Below, piece by piece: positions 36,359 to 51,788 of a stretch of 64,000 bases of DNA. The stretch lies in the NCBI GenBank assembly GCA_951406725.2, contig OX597814.1, positions 37,510,001 to 37,574,000 on the forward strand, read 5' to 3'. Position numbers and translations under genes: made by a program. The DNA is from Octopus vulgaris. Its lineage: Eukaryota. The notes beneath the pieces are model-generated. The model was given only the letters and a program-made list of their open reading frames with translations, was not told the origin of the DNA and ran no database searches. Numbering within the stretch: position 1 is the stretch's first letter; every line of letters starts with the position of its first letter.

Positions 36359-38819
36359 TGAAACTTACCAGAATAGAATTCTTGCTTCACTGCACCAATT
36401 TGCTATATGAATCAACGTCTCGGCAGGAAGTAAATAGGGGGTGGTCGTCTTAAACACTTTTATACACAAAATGAGCCAACAATCAAGAAAAGCGCATGCA
36501 CAAATGCAGATATGGGATATCTTCATGTAGAAGAAAGTCATCATATGGGAGCTTTAGCAAAAGTAAAATGTCGTGGTTGTACTCCAGCATTCCCGCCGTT
36601 ACATGGCCGAAACAAAAAAAAACTAAAACATTATATACATGTATGTATATATTCATTTGTGTGTTTGGTGTGTATGTGTGTGTGCATACATATACTAACA
36701 CACACAAACATCAGTACACTTTGCATGACGCAAAATGTATTCTACATGTAAAACATTTTTTAGATATAGGCCATGGTACTAATAGCATGAACCAATGAGT
36801 CGGGTGAAAAAAACGGCAATGAAATGAAAATACAAGCATATATATAATAAAAACAAAATAATGATAGAACGATAGGGTTTGGTAGAAAGTGGAAAAGCTT
36901 CATATTTGGAAGCAGCTGAAGCAGGAAAGTATCAGCAAGTTATATCAAGGACAGGTATGCAAGCATTCGTTAATATACGAGCAGTCTAATATAGTACGTA
37001 AAGGAAATTCCATTTGCCTCATTCGATAACGCAGATTTTTTATAGTTCGTAGATAAGATAGTATATATTAGCGTAAGCATACCAGAAAGCGGCTAAATGT
37101 CAATTGGCCCTGGCACATGAGATATAGATATAATTATTAGACTGATGAGAGTGAATAGTCGAGGCCCTTACCTCGAAGAATTCATGTTTTCTTACTGGAA
37201 TTTTACATAATTTTCTAAAGTATCCAGATGTGACAATTACTTAAAAATAATCGTTTTGCAGTCTACCAATGTCCGTGCACATATTTTAATTGTTAATACC
37301 AATGAACGAAATATAGATTTTCTCCCTCAAATTTAAATTTCTCACGTGAAAATGTATATTTGTTTCACTGTATATGATTGTATGTATGTATGTATGTATA
37401 TATGTATGTATATATGTATGTATGTATTATGTATGGATGTGTGTATGTATGTATGTATATATGTATTATATCTGTCAATAATTGCAGATAAAATGCACTT
37501 CGCAAGAGTTTAATCTGTAGCTGTTGTAGAGATTCATAACTGAAATATGGTAATTCAATAGTGTTACTAGCTGCAGAGATGACATATGATTGCTTAATGG
37601 CTACATGCTTAATGTGTTATTGGCGCATATTGCCGTGAAATTAATCAAGTAATTGACCATATATAGATACGTCATAGAAAGTTCAGGTGTTGTATTCCAG
37701 AAATCCACTGATGTTTTAAAATGATATATTTCAATATATTTCCTGTATTTGTTTATTTTTTCTGTTTTTCTTTTGATATATTGGCATAGTTTGGCACCAT
37801 TTGTAAGCGATTTGCTTCTCGACTGGACTTTTTATTGAATAGTGTCCCCGCGAGGCTACACCGAAGATCATACGCTGAGATAAATGTCGATCACAGCCTG
37901 AGTGATATAGAAACGAAACCCGTTAACAGATTATTGGCATTATTTCGACATTTGTTCGTTGTTTGCGTAGGTGGAAAATATGATATTCTGTGTTTACTTC
38001 GGGTGTTTACCTGATGCTATAAGAGTGTTTGTCGATACACGAATACACATCTTTATTTTTACGTACTATGCGTAGCTGAAAGCAGTTTGGCGTAGTAGGA
38101 GAATCATCTATATGCTATTTTCAATACTAGTAAATTTATATTGCTTGATTAAGCCTTACTAATACGTTTTCTCGACTTGAGGAAACATTCACGTTAGCTG
38201 GCTACTCAGTGATATTTCTGGTCAATGTCTGTTTACAGTAATGAATGTAATATCGAAAATGTCTCTGGAAAACAATAATATTAATATACTTGGTTTTGTG
38301 ACAACCACCTGTTCTTGCGAACAGATGTGGAATAAACGCCTGTTAGGCAATAGGTAAACACTGCCTCCTTGTTTACTATACAGTAGATATACTACTTACT
38401 TCTCCTAATATTTAATGCAATATCTAAGTCTTGTATATTTAAATTACAGCTTTTCCTTAATAGTGTTATGTTTAAAACAAATATATCAGAAGTCATTGTA
38501 TCATAAGTCAAATTAATGAAACTCGCAAATAAAGAACTTGAACTATATCAGAATGTTTATAATAATCCGGTTTTGTCTAATGTGTATGAGTAGGCTAAGA
38601 ACAAACATAAACAAAATAACCGCATGAATCAAAGAAACGATACGTCAAGCTTCGGGTAACTAACGCTATGTTGTACTATATATGTGTATATATAATTTTG
38701 TATGTATATACGTATGTGCATATATATACATACACACTCACACACAAGCACACACGCACACACAAACACACACACACACACATATATATGTATATATACA
38801 GACACAAATATGTGTATGA

Positions 38820-39135
38820 GGCGCAATGACCCAGTGGCTAGGGGGCAGGGGACTCGCGGTCGGAGGATCGCGGTTTCGATTCCCAGACCAGGCGTTGTGT
38901 GTGTTTAATGAGCGAAAATACCTAACGCTCCACAAGGCTCTGGCAGTTGGGTGGTGGCGACCCCTGTTGTACTCTTTCGCCCCAATTTTCGCTGACTCTT
39001 TCTTCCTGTTTCTTGAGTAACGCTGCGTTGGACTAGCGTCCCATCCAGCTGGGGAGATCTCATACGCCGTAGAAACCGGAAAACCGGATTCAAGAGCCTG
39101 GGTAGGCTGGAAAAGGGCGCATAAATAAAATAAAA
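38820..39135 (+). mobile_element. tRNA-derived SINE
   Basis: GGCGCAATGACCCAGTGG head, GGTTTCGATTCCC B-box, (TAAAA)n tail. Confidence 0.85.
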
Positions 39136-39149
39136 TATGTGTATATATA

Positions 39150-39271
<122 letters not shown>

Positions 39272-39439
39272 CACACGTGTGTGTGTATGCGTATGTAGAA
39301 GCCACAATAGAGTATTAAAAGAACCGTTTGAGTTTATTTATACAATAAATTTACGTCATGCTTCGAGCATCCGCTTGATGACATACTCTAATATTCAAAG
39401 TAAACATACGCTCACAAAAACACATACATATAAAATAAC

Positions 39440-39503
<64 letters not shown>

Positions 39504-39510
39504 TATATAT

Positions 39511-41345
39511 AAACTTAGATAAACTTAGATATGTTTCGACCAATGATTGGTCCAGACCATCTCTAACTTAATAACACCACCTGATAGGAATATTTGAATC
39601 CTGTTTAAGTCAAGTTTTGTTTATAGTCCTCTCAATTAGTGATTTTTTGTTGGGTGAGTTGTATCCAATTATGGGTGGCTTATCTGGTATTCCTTGAAGG
39701 AATCTATCCACACTCCTTTTAAAATTGATGGGATCCTGTTCCTTTTTGATCTCTTTCGGGACAATGTTAAATAGGGCAGGGCCTGTTGAGGAAAAGAAAT
39801 TATGTTGTAGTGTACATGTATGCTGTGATCTTAAATTGGGCAGGGGACGTATGGCCCGTGGTCCCAGTCTTGGATGAACCTTGAAGCTAATGTTTAGGTC
39901 GTTTGGGCAATGTTGGCAGTATATTCTCCACATCGTACAAATGATGTACCGCTCACGGCGACGCTGGAGAGAGTAGAGTTTCAAGGCTTTAAGGCGATCC
40001 CAATAATCGAGAGCAGCCATGCCTTCAATTCGTTTAGTGTGTGCTCTTTGGGATGATTCAGTCCTCGAGATGTTTTGTCTTGTATGGGGAGACCACAGTG
40101 GGCAGCAGTATTCGAGGTGTGGCCGTACAAAGGAAGAGAAAAGTGGTAAGATGACACCTTGTTCTCTGGACCGGAAAGTTCTTAAAATCCAGGAACTCAT
40201 CCTACGAGCTATATCGACCTTATTATTGATGTGTGCACTCCAACTGAGATCACCATCAACAGTTACACCCAGGTCTGTGATATTGTTAAAGGCTGTGATC
40301 GGTTTCCCTGAAGGAAGAGTGTATGGCTGTTCTAGTGAGGAATTTCTTCCAAAATGCATCAGCTCAAATTTTCCCTCGTTCAGTTACATTTTGTTTCTGT
40401 CTGCTCATTGACTCAGCATAAAGATCAGACTGGAGTTGAGTTCGGTCTGCTTCTTCATTGACGATTTGCTGGAGTTTAGTGTCATCAGCAAATATTTTCA
40501 ATTTGCAGTAAAGTACGACACTGGAAAGGTCGTTTATGTAGATTATGAAGAGTAGCGGACCCCAAACAATCCCCTGGGGGACACCACTGGTGACTTTTAC
40601 TGGGCTTGAGTGGACTCCATCAACTACAACATGCTGTGTTCTATTCGCCAGGCAATACTTTATCCAGTGTTGAACCTTTCCAAGGATTCCAACATTTGCC
40701 AATTTTGAGAGTAGGATATTATGGTCTACCCTGTCGAACGCTTTACTGAAGTCAAGATATATGACATCAGAGTTCGAACCTGTTCCCAAGGCTTTGAGTA
40801 CATCTTCAATGTGGTGTAAGAGCTGTGTTAGACAGTCCCTGCCACAGCTAAAGCCATGCTGATTTGATTTAGGAGTGTGTGGGTCTCCAGGAAGTCAGCT
40901 ATCCTTGATCTTAACAATCTTTTAAACACTTTGATGATGTGGGAGGTGAGTAAGATTGGGCGATAGTTGAGTGCGAGGGATCTGTTTCCCTGTTTGAAAA
41001 CCGGGATGATTGACTGGGATAGAAACTGTTTCGGTATATAACCTGCGTCTAACGAATTTCTCCAGAGGTTGGTCAGAGGGACTGCAAGTTGGTGTCTACA
41101 TTCCTTCAGGAGACTAGCGGGGAATCTATCAGGGCCCACAGCAGAGTAGTATTTGACCCCATTTATTGCTGCTGTGATGTCAGTGGCAGTGAAAGTTATG
41201 TCTGAGATTTTATGTTGAGAGTCAACTTCGTTCGCTTCTCTTGCGTCAATATCAGTGGGAACATTAAATATAGAGCAGTATTTTTTCTGCAGTATTTCTG
41301 CCATTTCTTTAGCATCGGGTTGGGGAATGCCGTTATCATCAATCA

Positions 41346-41346
<1 letters not shown>
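39511..41346 (-). mobile_element. CR1-clade LINE, 5'-truncated, same family as 23212-25312, flanked by (TA)n
   Basis: GPDRFP, NYRPI.LTS, YLDFSKAFDRV, GVPQG..GPLLF, FADDTK, VRPHLEYC; 3' end has a 10-bp repeat AAACTTAGAT x2. Confidence 0.95.
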
Positions 41347-41413
<67 letters not shown>

Positions 41414-41973
41414 AGTTATACCGTGGTGTGCAGACAGAATGACATTAGACGGTATGAAGAAACAATAACAGAAATAGCAAGAGAAATGAAAGAAGGACAT
41501 AATTGATACGTATTATCGCAAACATATTTCAGAATATAAAATCAAGGAATCAAGGATATATGATTTCAAAGACAAATGCATAACGTAAATAAAGACAATT
41601 TTCTTCTCGAAAATGCAAAAATAAACTCTTCATATATATTGCTGCAAATACAAAAGTAATCCAATCAAAATAATTGTGGTTCAGAGCAGAAAGATAATAA
41701 TCATTGCGCACATGACATGAAAGTCTTATGAATGTGAAGTACGCAAAAAATTATCGATTTATTGATTGCTTCTATGTGGCTATCATACAAAAATTATCAT
41801 AGATTTGCTTTTCCCTTTTGTTCTGCAAGTGTAGATAAGATTTCTTTTTGGTAGTCTTTCCATATATGAAGGGTCATAATTCGCGATATTTAATAGATGC
41901 ACAACTAGAGAAAATTACGCTAAAGTGTATTTTGTGTAAGGGAGAGGGGAGATATATATATATATACAGTGTG

Positions 41974-42032
<59 letters not shown>

Positions 42033-42098
42033 ATGTGTGTGTATGTGTGTGTGTGTGTGTGTATACATATATATAGATACATACACATACACACAAAC

Positions 42099-42159
<61 letters not shown>

Positions 42160-45100
42160 CATACATACTTACATACAAATGCACATGCATATTCGGTTAT
42201 ATCATTCCTTATATGTCTTATTGCTGTTTGCTTCATTCGTCGTGAGTATTGTTGTTCTAATCGTCTAATCTTCATGTGCTTGGTTTTATGGTAGGTTGAA
42301 TGGAATGTACACTTGTGCCAGGATTATGACAATAACAGTAAATATCAATAGTGGATGTCTGTAGTGCATTATTTACATAATGATTTAAGTGATTTTCTAT
42401 GTTTCGACTACTTTGAGTTTTTTTATACGCGTATATCGTAAATGTTCTATTTTTATATCATTCTATAAATTTTGACTGTGTTTTTCACTTCTGTAACAAG
42501 TGTAAGATGCTGTCTGTGCATATCTATATTGGAAAAAATGTCTTAGACCACACCTCCTCACTTGACGATATCCACCGATATAAGTACTTACTCGGGCTGA
42601 AATCGAAATTTCATTTCATTAAACTTCTCATTTCTCAGTTTGACTTGAGCAAATTACAATTATAAGAAAACTACTTATACTATTATTGCAACTAACAGTA
42701 TTTGAAACATGTTTAGATCTTCATTGGGTGAAGTGGACCTACTTTTCATATATATTTATTTCATTTATTTTTGTTTTGTCCTTTTCTTTTTCAATTCATG
42801 TTTTAGACTTCGGAGGGACACACAATGTATTTGTATCTATAAATCCTTGGTCTTTTTATTAGTTATTAGTTAATAAATTAATGAAAAATGTAATACGAAT
42901 GTTCCGTTAGGCAAATATTGTTGTGTGTTAAACAGCAACTTTCGTAGAAATATTTACAATTGTAAACATAAATAAAAGTTTCGCCATGACTGCAAACTGA
43001 TTAAACAAATAAATAGATAAATGAATTAAAATAAAATAATTAATTTGGTTTTGGAAATATGAAATTGCCTTATCATTGGCAAAACATATCTGGATCAAAG
43101 CTGAGGCGGAAAACCTTGCTGTTCCATCTTAGTTTCGTATCCTACACAACACACACCGCTAATGGGATACAATGCTGCAGAATGCATTGAATGCACATAA
43201 CTATCCAAATCTAAATCAGGGATAATCTAGTTATAGGTATCTGAGATTTTTAGCATTCCTACACAGTAAATTATGTCATCAAATGTGAGTATGTAGAACA
43301 TCATAATGGGCCGCAGGAAGCTAAATAGCGACTATACGCCTGGCTATGCTAATCTACAAAAACTTTATTCAACACCATTGAAACGGTTATTGTAAAATCG
43401 GCCCACTCAAAGTAATGTTATAAATTATTAGTCCCAGCTTATTATTCTCTATGTCTAGCACAGTATACATATCTGGAGATGGAAATCAGCAGATCACTTG
43501 ATCTAAGTTTAGAGACATCCGATATAATGATTTTTTTATGGTCACAGGATACCAAGATAATTAAGAAAATATAAACGGCCCAAATGAAACCAGTAATAAG
43601 ATAATAGACTCAAAAGTGATGTTTACAGAAATCAAAACATAACATCAATAAATATATAACATAAAATAGAGTATATAACATAAAAATCCCACCAAATATT
43701 TCAAAGATTTATATATTGTCGTCAACGTCGTCGTCTTAACCGTCGCATGATTCTAATATTTCTGTATGTGTCAGCGTCTCAGACTGTGACGAAGCATTTC
43801 CGTCCGACCCTAGGAAAGGTATATTGAGACCATAACGTAGTGTGCTGGCAGAATATATTGTTCCTGACCTCTCCCTTCTATTAGGGAACAAAAGCCAGGT
43901 GATCCAATCTGGTAAGATGATCCTTCGCAAATGACATACTGATGGGGTTATACATCATCAAGGCAATATATGTATTAAATACTTCCGCCCGAGACAGGCT
44001 TCCACTCAGTTTCCTCCTGAGTGAGTAAGACTGACCACACTGCTTGCAAGCTCTTCTTATTTTCTATGCATGTTTAGGTTTCTCCAGAACCAGACTGCGA
44101 GCATATAAATCGGTGACAGAAATCACTTGACCAACTTGAGCTTGCATTTCGATATGTTTTGTAGCACCTAATTATTGATCTGAATATTTCCATTACTTCC
44201 CTTTTGTTTGGGTTCTTCATTCTCAATTTCAATGACAGTCTCATATTTCTTTTAATTTCCTTTCCGATGGTCGCAGAATATCATTGCAGTAGTGCTCAAT
44301 ACCACTGCCTCAAGGCCACTCTGAAGCTCTATTCTCATTTGTTGTGAATCGGAGAAAAGACATTTTCTAAGGTCTATCTTAACTCAAATTTTAGCTTTGT
44401 AGCAATGACGTGTCTACACCTTTAATGTTTATCGAAGGTTTTGTAATACCCTCTCGTCTCAGATTGCGTTTCCCAGACAACGTAATCACTGTGTCTCACG
44501 CCAAAGAATTGGCTGACAGCTTCACTTTCTAGTATCATGACTTTCAGGGAACTCTTCTATTAGGCTTTTCTAAGGCGTGACTCGTCTCTCTTCTACTTGC
44601 TGTTCCCTGCAGAAGTTTCTCTTTTTTTTCCTTTTTTTATCACAAATTCGTGCTATTAGTAGCCAGCTGTAACTATCTGTGGACAAATTAAACTAAATAT
44701 ATGTACTAGTCTGAAAAAACTATTTGAATATTAAACGAACACCCCACTACACTTTGACCATGCGAACAATAGTGAACTAGGAAAAGCGAGGTCAAACATT
44801 TCAGACAATCAGAAATGCCTGAGACATTATGCAAGGATTTTGCACATCGATGTCCTATCTCCCACTTAATCTCCTTCGCCGATTAACAATGAAAAATACG
44901 ATGGTCTTAAGAATTCTTCTGGCATTTAATGACATCCTGAAGCTTGTTCCTGTCGGAGTATCGACGAGTGCTGGTCTGAAGGCTCTACTGTCGTTTCAAT
45001 GCGGCCCACGTCCCTGAGGGCCAGATTACCTGCTGGGTGTAAGGAAACTGTGTTCAGCTTACATCTGGACTGACTAAAGAGCATTTACACCTTGAAGTTG

Positions 45101-45680
45101 TACGCTTACTTGTCTATCAAGAAACCTATATAGTTTTCACATATTAGGCAGACAACAATAAAGAATGAATTTAGTACAAAAGGAAATATACACATACACA
45201 CATAATTAATTCTGCATTTGTGAAATGCACACGGACGTTTGCTGAGCTATGCAATTTAAGCAGACAACTGAAACGAAAAGGACGAATTCTTAATAATGAG
45301 CTGAAGAACATATGTGGAACATGTTTTTTCCAGGGAATAGATCAATGCATGTCACATAACAAACAAAAACAAAATAGAAAATAATAGAATCGACAATACA
45401 AACCTAAATGAATTTAATCAGAGGTAACTTAGAAACACAGAAGTATATGCTTAATATATTCAACAGCTTATGTATCTGAAATATATTCGGTGCATGCAAT
45501 GGTACACGCTGCTAAAGACTTAATAATAATCATGCGTATGAGAGTCTTGGTAGTCCGAAACTTTGATTATGGAACCAAGACTGGAGTCCTCTTGTCTTGT
45601 ATTCGTCCATATCTTTGTTCAAGTCAACATTGATGAGACTGCCATATCATTAAATGCATTTTAATATTAACAAACATTAA

Positions 45681-45885
45681 GGCGGCGAAGTGGTAGAATC
45701 GTTGACACTCGGAAAATGGCTAGCAGTATTTCGTCCGTCATTAGATCTGAGTTCAAACTTCACCGAGGCTGATGTGTTTCATCCTTCCCTGGTCGCTAAA
45801 GAAGTACCAGTTAAACAATGAAACCAATGAATTCCACTAAATAAGTCTCCCAAAAATACTGACCTTGTCCCAACGTTTGAAACGA
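45681..45885 (+). mobile_element. tRNA-derived SINE
   Basis: GGCGGCGAAGTGGTAGAAT head, GAGTTCAAA B-box. Confidence 0.7.
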
Positions 45886-46759
45886 ATATTAAAGAACCTT
45901 ATGTTCTCTTTAGTATACTGTTATTTCAGTAAACAATCTTCACACAAACATAATTTTGGGAAGGTACACCGTGGGTTGCGATAGATTTATTTTAAGATAT
46001 TTCTCGCTATTTTTGACTCTTCATTAGAAAACACAATATGCAGTAGTTTGCTTAAATTGATAAATATAGTTGCAGGAATATCAATGAAAATCATCGGTCT
46101 TCTCATTAATTTCACAGAACCAAGTGTTTATGGACACCCCACCAAGGTTTTGATGTTATCGTATACAAGAATTACAACGAACCATCAGATGATCGTGTAG
46201 AACACACATGTAGCAAATTACATTATCGCACAGTGGGGCACTAGCGAAGAAAATTACAAAGAGAAATAGAGAGAAAATATTTTAGTGTAAATATGCGTCG
46301 ATAGGTTTAGGGTGATAGTGACAAGGACAAAGAAAGGGAAATGAAATATTCCATGTAGATGACACAGAAATCAAATACAATAAAAAAAAATGTTTATATT
46401 GTTCCTAAGGAATCTGCTACTTCTTAATTTAGTGGTCCTACTGCCACCACTGCTTCTGTTGTTATTGCTGCCGATAATGTCAGTGGTGGTTGTAGTGGTA
46501 GTGGTGGTGGAAAAGGGTGATATCACCGACGACGATGATAATGGTGTTGATGATGATGATTACGACGACGACGACAACGAAGTCGATGCAAAGTTAAGAT
46601 ACAAAGATTGGGCAATAGTTTAAAATCAGTATAAGAAAAATGAAAAGAAAATCATACAAAAATCTAGTACACAGTAAATGGCTCATACCTTCCGTAATTT
46701 TCTTCTTAATTTGCTCATATTATGCGATTTATCACATTCCTTATATGTATACATACATC

Positions 46760-46862
<103 letters not shown>

Positions 46863-47470
46863 CTCTCTCTATATATATATACATATATATATATATATTT
46901 ATATATATGTATATATATGTATATACACGGACACCTTGTAGTTACCTACGTTTGTATGCGATTATATGTGTGTGCATGTATATATCTATATCTATCAATC
47001 TCTCTCTCTCCCTCTCTCTCTTTCTCTCTCTCTCTCTATATATATATATATACATATATATGTGTGTGTGTGTGTGTATGTATATATGCACCTATGCATG
47101 TACGCATTCTGTCATCAAATAAATTATATCTTTTTTATGTAGTTTTTATATTTATGTATTCATTTGTATGATTGTTCATTTATTTGTAATCCTACTGGTA
47201 TATTTTCTGCTACAGTAATGCAGTAATAGGAAATCAGTATTCAACTCTATAGAGAATATTGCAGCTATTGTAATATAGCACAGATGATATGAATGCTTTT
47301 TCTCGTTTTCATTCAGATTTGCATTCAACACTCTAACAACAATGAGTAAAACGTTCACTTTGCATGAATACGATTCTAAAGGAAAATCTCAATGATAGAG
47401 AAAATGAAGTGACTTCATGCACGATAGAAAAATGCAGCGAGCGAGGCAATACATACACAAAATGCGGAGA

Positions 47471-47497
47471 CAGATAGACAGACAGATAGATAGATAA

Positions 47498-47590
<93 letters not shown>
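47471..47590. repeat. (GATA)n microsatellite
   Basis: Direct inspection. Confidence 0.98.
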
Positions 47591-49189
47591 AAACTGATTG
47601 ATTGAATCGTAGGGAAATAGGCTAGGTAGTATTATACCTAACGTAATGCCTTAAAAGAAGATATGTTGGGAGACGCGTATAAAGAAGTGCACGTAAAAAA
47701 CAGATAATATTGAGAAGCAATAGAAAATTGTAAATATTTGAATAGGAATATAGAGAAAAGTAATATGGAAGTCATAAGCGAATGTCTGCCAACACTATAG
47801 GTTGAGGTAACATTGAAAATGTATACGGAGTATGAATCATAAATTATTCAAACGAGAATATACATACACAATGGCAAAACACAAACACACATACACATAC
47901 ATACATTCACTCACGCAAACATACGTATACACATAGATATATACACGCAGAAACGTTTATAGATGATACGTTTGGAACTGCGTGATATTGTTGGCGTCTG
48001 GACGTGTGTTGATTTGTATTATATGTGTTATATATGAATCTGTGCTGGGGGGAAAGAGAGACTATGCAAGACAATGGTGAGAGAAGAAAATGAATAGGAC
48101 AAATATCAATTGAAATATTCCCTTATATTTACACAGAAATATTTTCACGTTTCAATATAGCAAACCTATTGGAAATAATAATGGTATAAATCATCTATTT
48201 GTATTGCTTGAAGATAAAAGTAAACTGCATTGTAAGAGATACATGTAGTAAATATCTGTTAAATGATAGAGCAAAGAAACGATCTTCTTTATTGCTAAGA
48301 GGAAGAAGTAATAGTCATAAACCATTAGACTCCAAGATCTTCCTTGTGGCTGCACAATAAAATGACTGAATAATTTTACATGAATTTGGTGGAATTAACG
48401 GTGCTGGTTTTCTGAAAGACGACACGCTTTTTGATCTTTCAGAGCAAATTAGAATGAATAACATTCTAGGAGATTTCTTGTGTGCAACTTATAATATTTG
48501 CAATAAAATTCCACATGTTGCTGCATACATTTGTTTGAATTTAATAAGTTTGTCTAATACGGCACGCGTATTTGTAAATTATTTCCATATATACCAAAGG
48601 AATTTTAAGAACTTGTCATTTGTTTAGGTTTTCTACATGAACAAGTGTACAAGGTACCAAGGCATAAGCTGTTGCAAGTCTTATTGACGTTATTATCTCA
48701 TAAATGAATTTCAAACTAAATTCATAGCCAATTTATTTTAATACATGCTTGTATTTCAGAGTATCAACTGAATGGTGAAGTGGCGAGTAGAATATCGTTG
48801 AGAATCTCTTCCTCTATCTATATGTATCGAATTACATGTGTATTTATTTATTTATTTATTTATTCATTCATTCATTATGGATGTTTGTATTCTGATTACT
48901 TATATCATTTTAACTGAAACTAGCATTTTCCCTAAAACAGTTGAAATAAAATAGGAAAAAACACATTCGCGTCGATTTTTGTTAAAATGGTGTCGTGCAG
49001 ATTTCGATGGAGTTCTAATACATCATTAAAAATATTTATTTTACGAAGGATTTGAAATGAATTTGTTTGCTAAATTAGAGAACGATAGAGATTCTTAATA
49101 CCTACTCTGTATCAACGAACCCATGTGGAGAGCAATGTATTTCTCGGGCTGCGTATCTTTTGTCTTCAGTTTCTTTGAGTCATTAGCCC

Positions 49190-49510
49190 ATGCTGGGTCA
49201 CGGCCTTGAAGAATTTTAGTTGAACAAATTGGTTCCAATATCTAATATATTTTTTTTTCAATTTGGTACTTGCTCTATTACTCTGTTTTGCAGAACCGCT
49301 AAATTACAAGGATGTAAAAGCAACCAGCACCGGTTGTTAAGCGGTCGTGGTGGCCTAATACAGTAGTGCGCACACGCTCACACACGCACACACGCACGCA
49401 CGCACGCACAAACACACACAGGCACACACATGTACCACAGGCTTGTTTCGGTCTCCGTATACCAAATCCACTCACAAGGCTTTGTTCCACCCAAGGCTAT
49501 TGTAGAAAAC
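49190..49510 (-). mobile_element. SINE fragment related to the 21580/59875 family
   Basis: Reverse complement has GTGGATTTGGTATACGGA and CGCTTAACAACCGGTGCTGG, shared with 59990-60200. Confidence 0.7.
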
Positions 49511-51514
49511 ACCATGCAGCTATGCCAATATATACAGCTAGCATTTGAGGTGTAAAATTCTCCATAAGAATCCTAATTAATTTGATGTTATAGCAATGAT
49601 ATTGCAGAATTAGGCATCGAGGTTGTGTTTCAGTATCGACATTACGTGACACGACATGTTCATACGTTGGCACGTGTTGCAGTGACTGATAGTACCTTGA
49701 TTTATTTTCATCGTTACCTTGACAGTATCACCAAGTTCTAAGAACACAGGATCTAATTAGAACTTTCAGAAAACTGTGACAATAAATTCTGCTCCCAGGT
49801 GATTTCTGAGTTAGCATACTCCAAAAGGACTATTTCTTAAAGTGCCAGTGCTCTAAGATGCCTTTTCCACCGTTTCTTTGATTTTATTGGCCTTAAAAAT
49901 GACATGCGGAAAACACATCATTAATTATAATGCAAAGTAGCCGAAGGGTGAGCAACTGATGTAACGCTTAATTATTTAACACCAAATTATTACTTATCAG
50001 AAATATGCTTCCTGTGAATCGCAGCGAGGACTGACAAAACTATATAAGTTATTGGTTCCGGCAGGCGTTCTTAACGCTGTGTGCATTCTGCTTTGATTCC
50101 TACGTACTTTGCTACCAATCTATGCCATCATCTCGAAATATATTGGAATATGACAGTTTATAACTACAAATATATAAGGTCTATTTTTGAGTCGTTCATT
50201 GCAAATTATACAAACTTATTTAGTAAGCATCAATGAATTGCTCTATCAATTATTTAGAGGTATATTGTGTCATAAATTCTCCAAACAGTATTGGGATTCA
50301 GTATTAATAACACGAAGATACAATCATATTTCCATTTGAGTTGAGCTAAAAATTAACTGAGAAATATTATTATCTGGCGATACCGTCGTTCTATGGATTA
50401 AGAATTGATCCCTTTCGCAACAATTGCAAGACAAGATTCGTATATCAAGAGTTTCTCGAAAACTATATTTCATTATAACAAGAAGCGTATTATAAAAAAT
50501 GACTTAACAATGCAAAAACAAATATTTGTTTCTTATTAACAACTAGTAGAAGACAATAATAGCACTTAAAGTGCATCGATTAATATTATGAAAAATACAC
50601 TTGGCGCACGGCGTACAGAGTGAAACTAAGAATATATTAAAAAAATACTTTAAGCAATTATTATCACTACATCAACATGGTTGTTCAATGTTACTAACAT
50701 TTTAACCCTAGGCAGATCTTCCGCTAGCTGGTTATAGGTGTCACCTGAATCCTGTATCTATTACAAGCAGAGGATATAAACCCTACTATCATCTAGCAGA
50801 CGGAATCACTGCTATCTCAAAGCAATCTTTCAAATTCTGTTTATGCGTTATTTATAATTTTAAAAATCAAGGACCCAGGAGAGTAAGAAAAAAAATGGAA
50901 CAAAACGTAAAAAGCAGAGATAAAAGAACGAAATCAAGAACTGTGATTCTCGTACCAGCTGATTGCAGATATCTCATTAAATAAAGCTCATTTAGAACGA
51001 AATAGCAGAAAATATGTCAATATCTGCGAGCCAGCAGCTCAATTTTGTGCCAGTGGTGCTCTTCATTTCGATAAATGAATACTGTACATGTGACTACACC
51101 TGCTAAAATAATACAGATCTCGAATTAAGCAGTGTTTTGGAATTGCTACTTGGAGGAAGGATATGAGAAGTTTCTTCTACGCATAAGTTGTATTTCTTAA
51201 ATCCATTAACGTATCACCTGGACTTCTCCACTGATCTCCACTTAGTTGTATGTGTTGTAGAGCTGCTCTTCCTAAACCATACGAGGCTAGCCAACTAAGT
51301 TAATTTAAGCCTTTTATGACAGAGTTTAATGAACAAGCTTCAGGGACTCGACATTTATAACTCGGTGTTGTCGCTTGATCATTTTTTTATTTATAATATT
51401 TTTCATATTGGAGAGCAGCAGCTGTATTGTACTTTTTTGAGAGTGCATTAAAAAATTTCATATTTATGTGTGTGTATTTATTTATGCATGTATGTATATG
51501 CATGTATATATATA

Positions 51515-51579
<65 letters not shown>

Positions 51580-51580
<1 letters not shown>

Positions 51581-51788
51581 GTGGTTAGGGCAGCGGACTT
51601 GCGGTCGGAGGATCGCGGTTTCGATTCCCAGACCGGGCGTTGTGTGTGTTTATTGACCGAAAACACCTAAAAGCTCCACGAGGCTCCGGCAGGGGATGGT
51701 GGTGATCCCTGCTGTACTCTTTCACCACTCTAAAGGCGGTGCTCCAGCATGGCCGCAGTCAAATGACTGAAACAAGTACAAAACAAAA
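51580..51788 (+). mobile_element. tRNA-derived SINE, apparently chimeric
   Basis: Head matches 38833-38978; tail CTAAAGGCGGTGCTCCAGCATGGCC.CAGTCAAATGACTGAAACAAGTA matches 60272-60320. Confidence 0.85.

Noticed and set aside
37855-37930. CCGAAGA...GAAACCCGTTA as a degenerate hammerhead
   Set aside because: Core mismatches, no stem I, no flanking inverted arms.
38820-38895. tRNA gene (likewise the heads at 21580, 58890-58963, 59875)
   Set aside because: No complete cloverleaf; each continues into a SINE body and tail.
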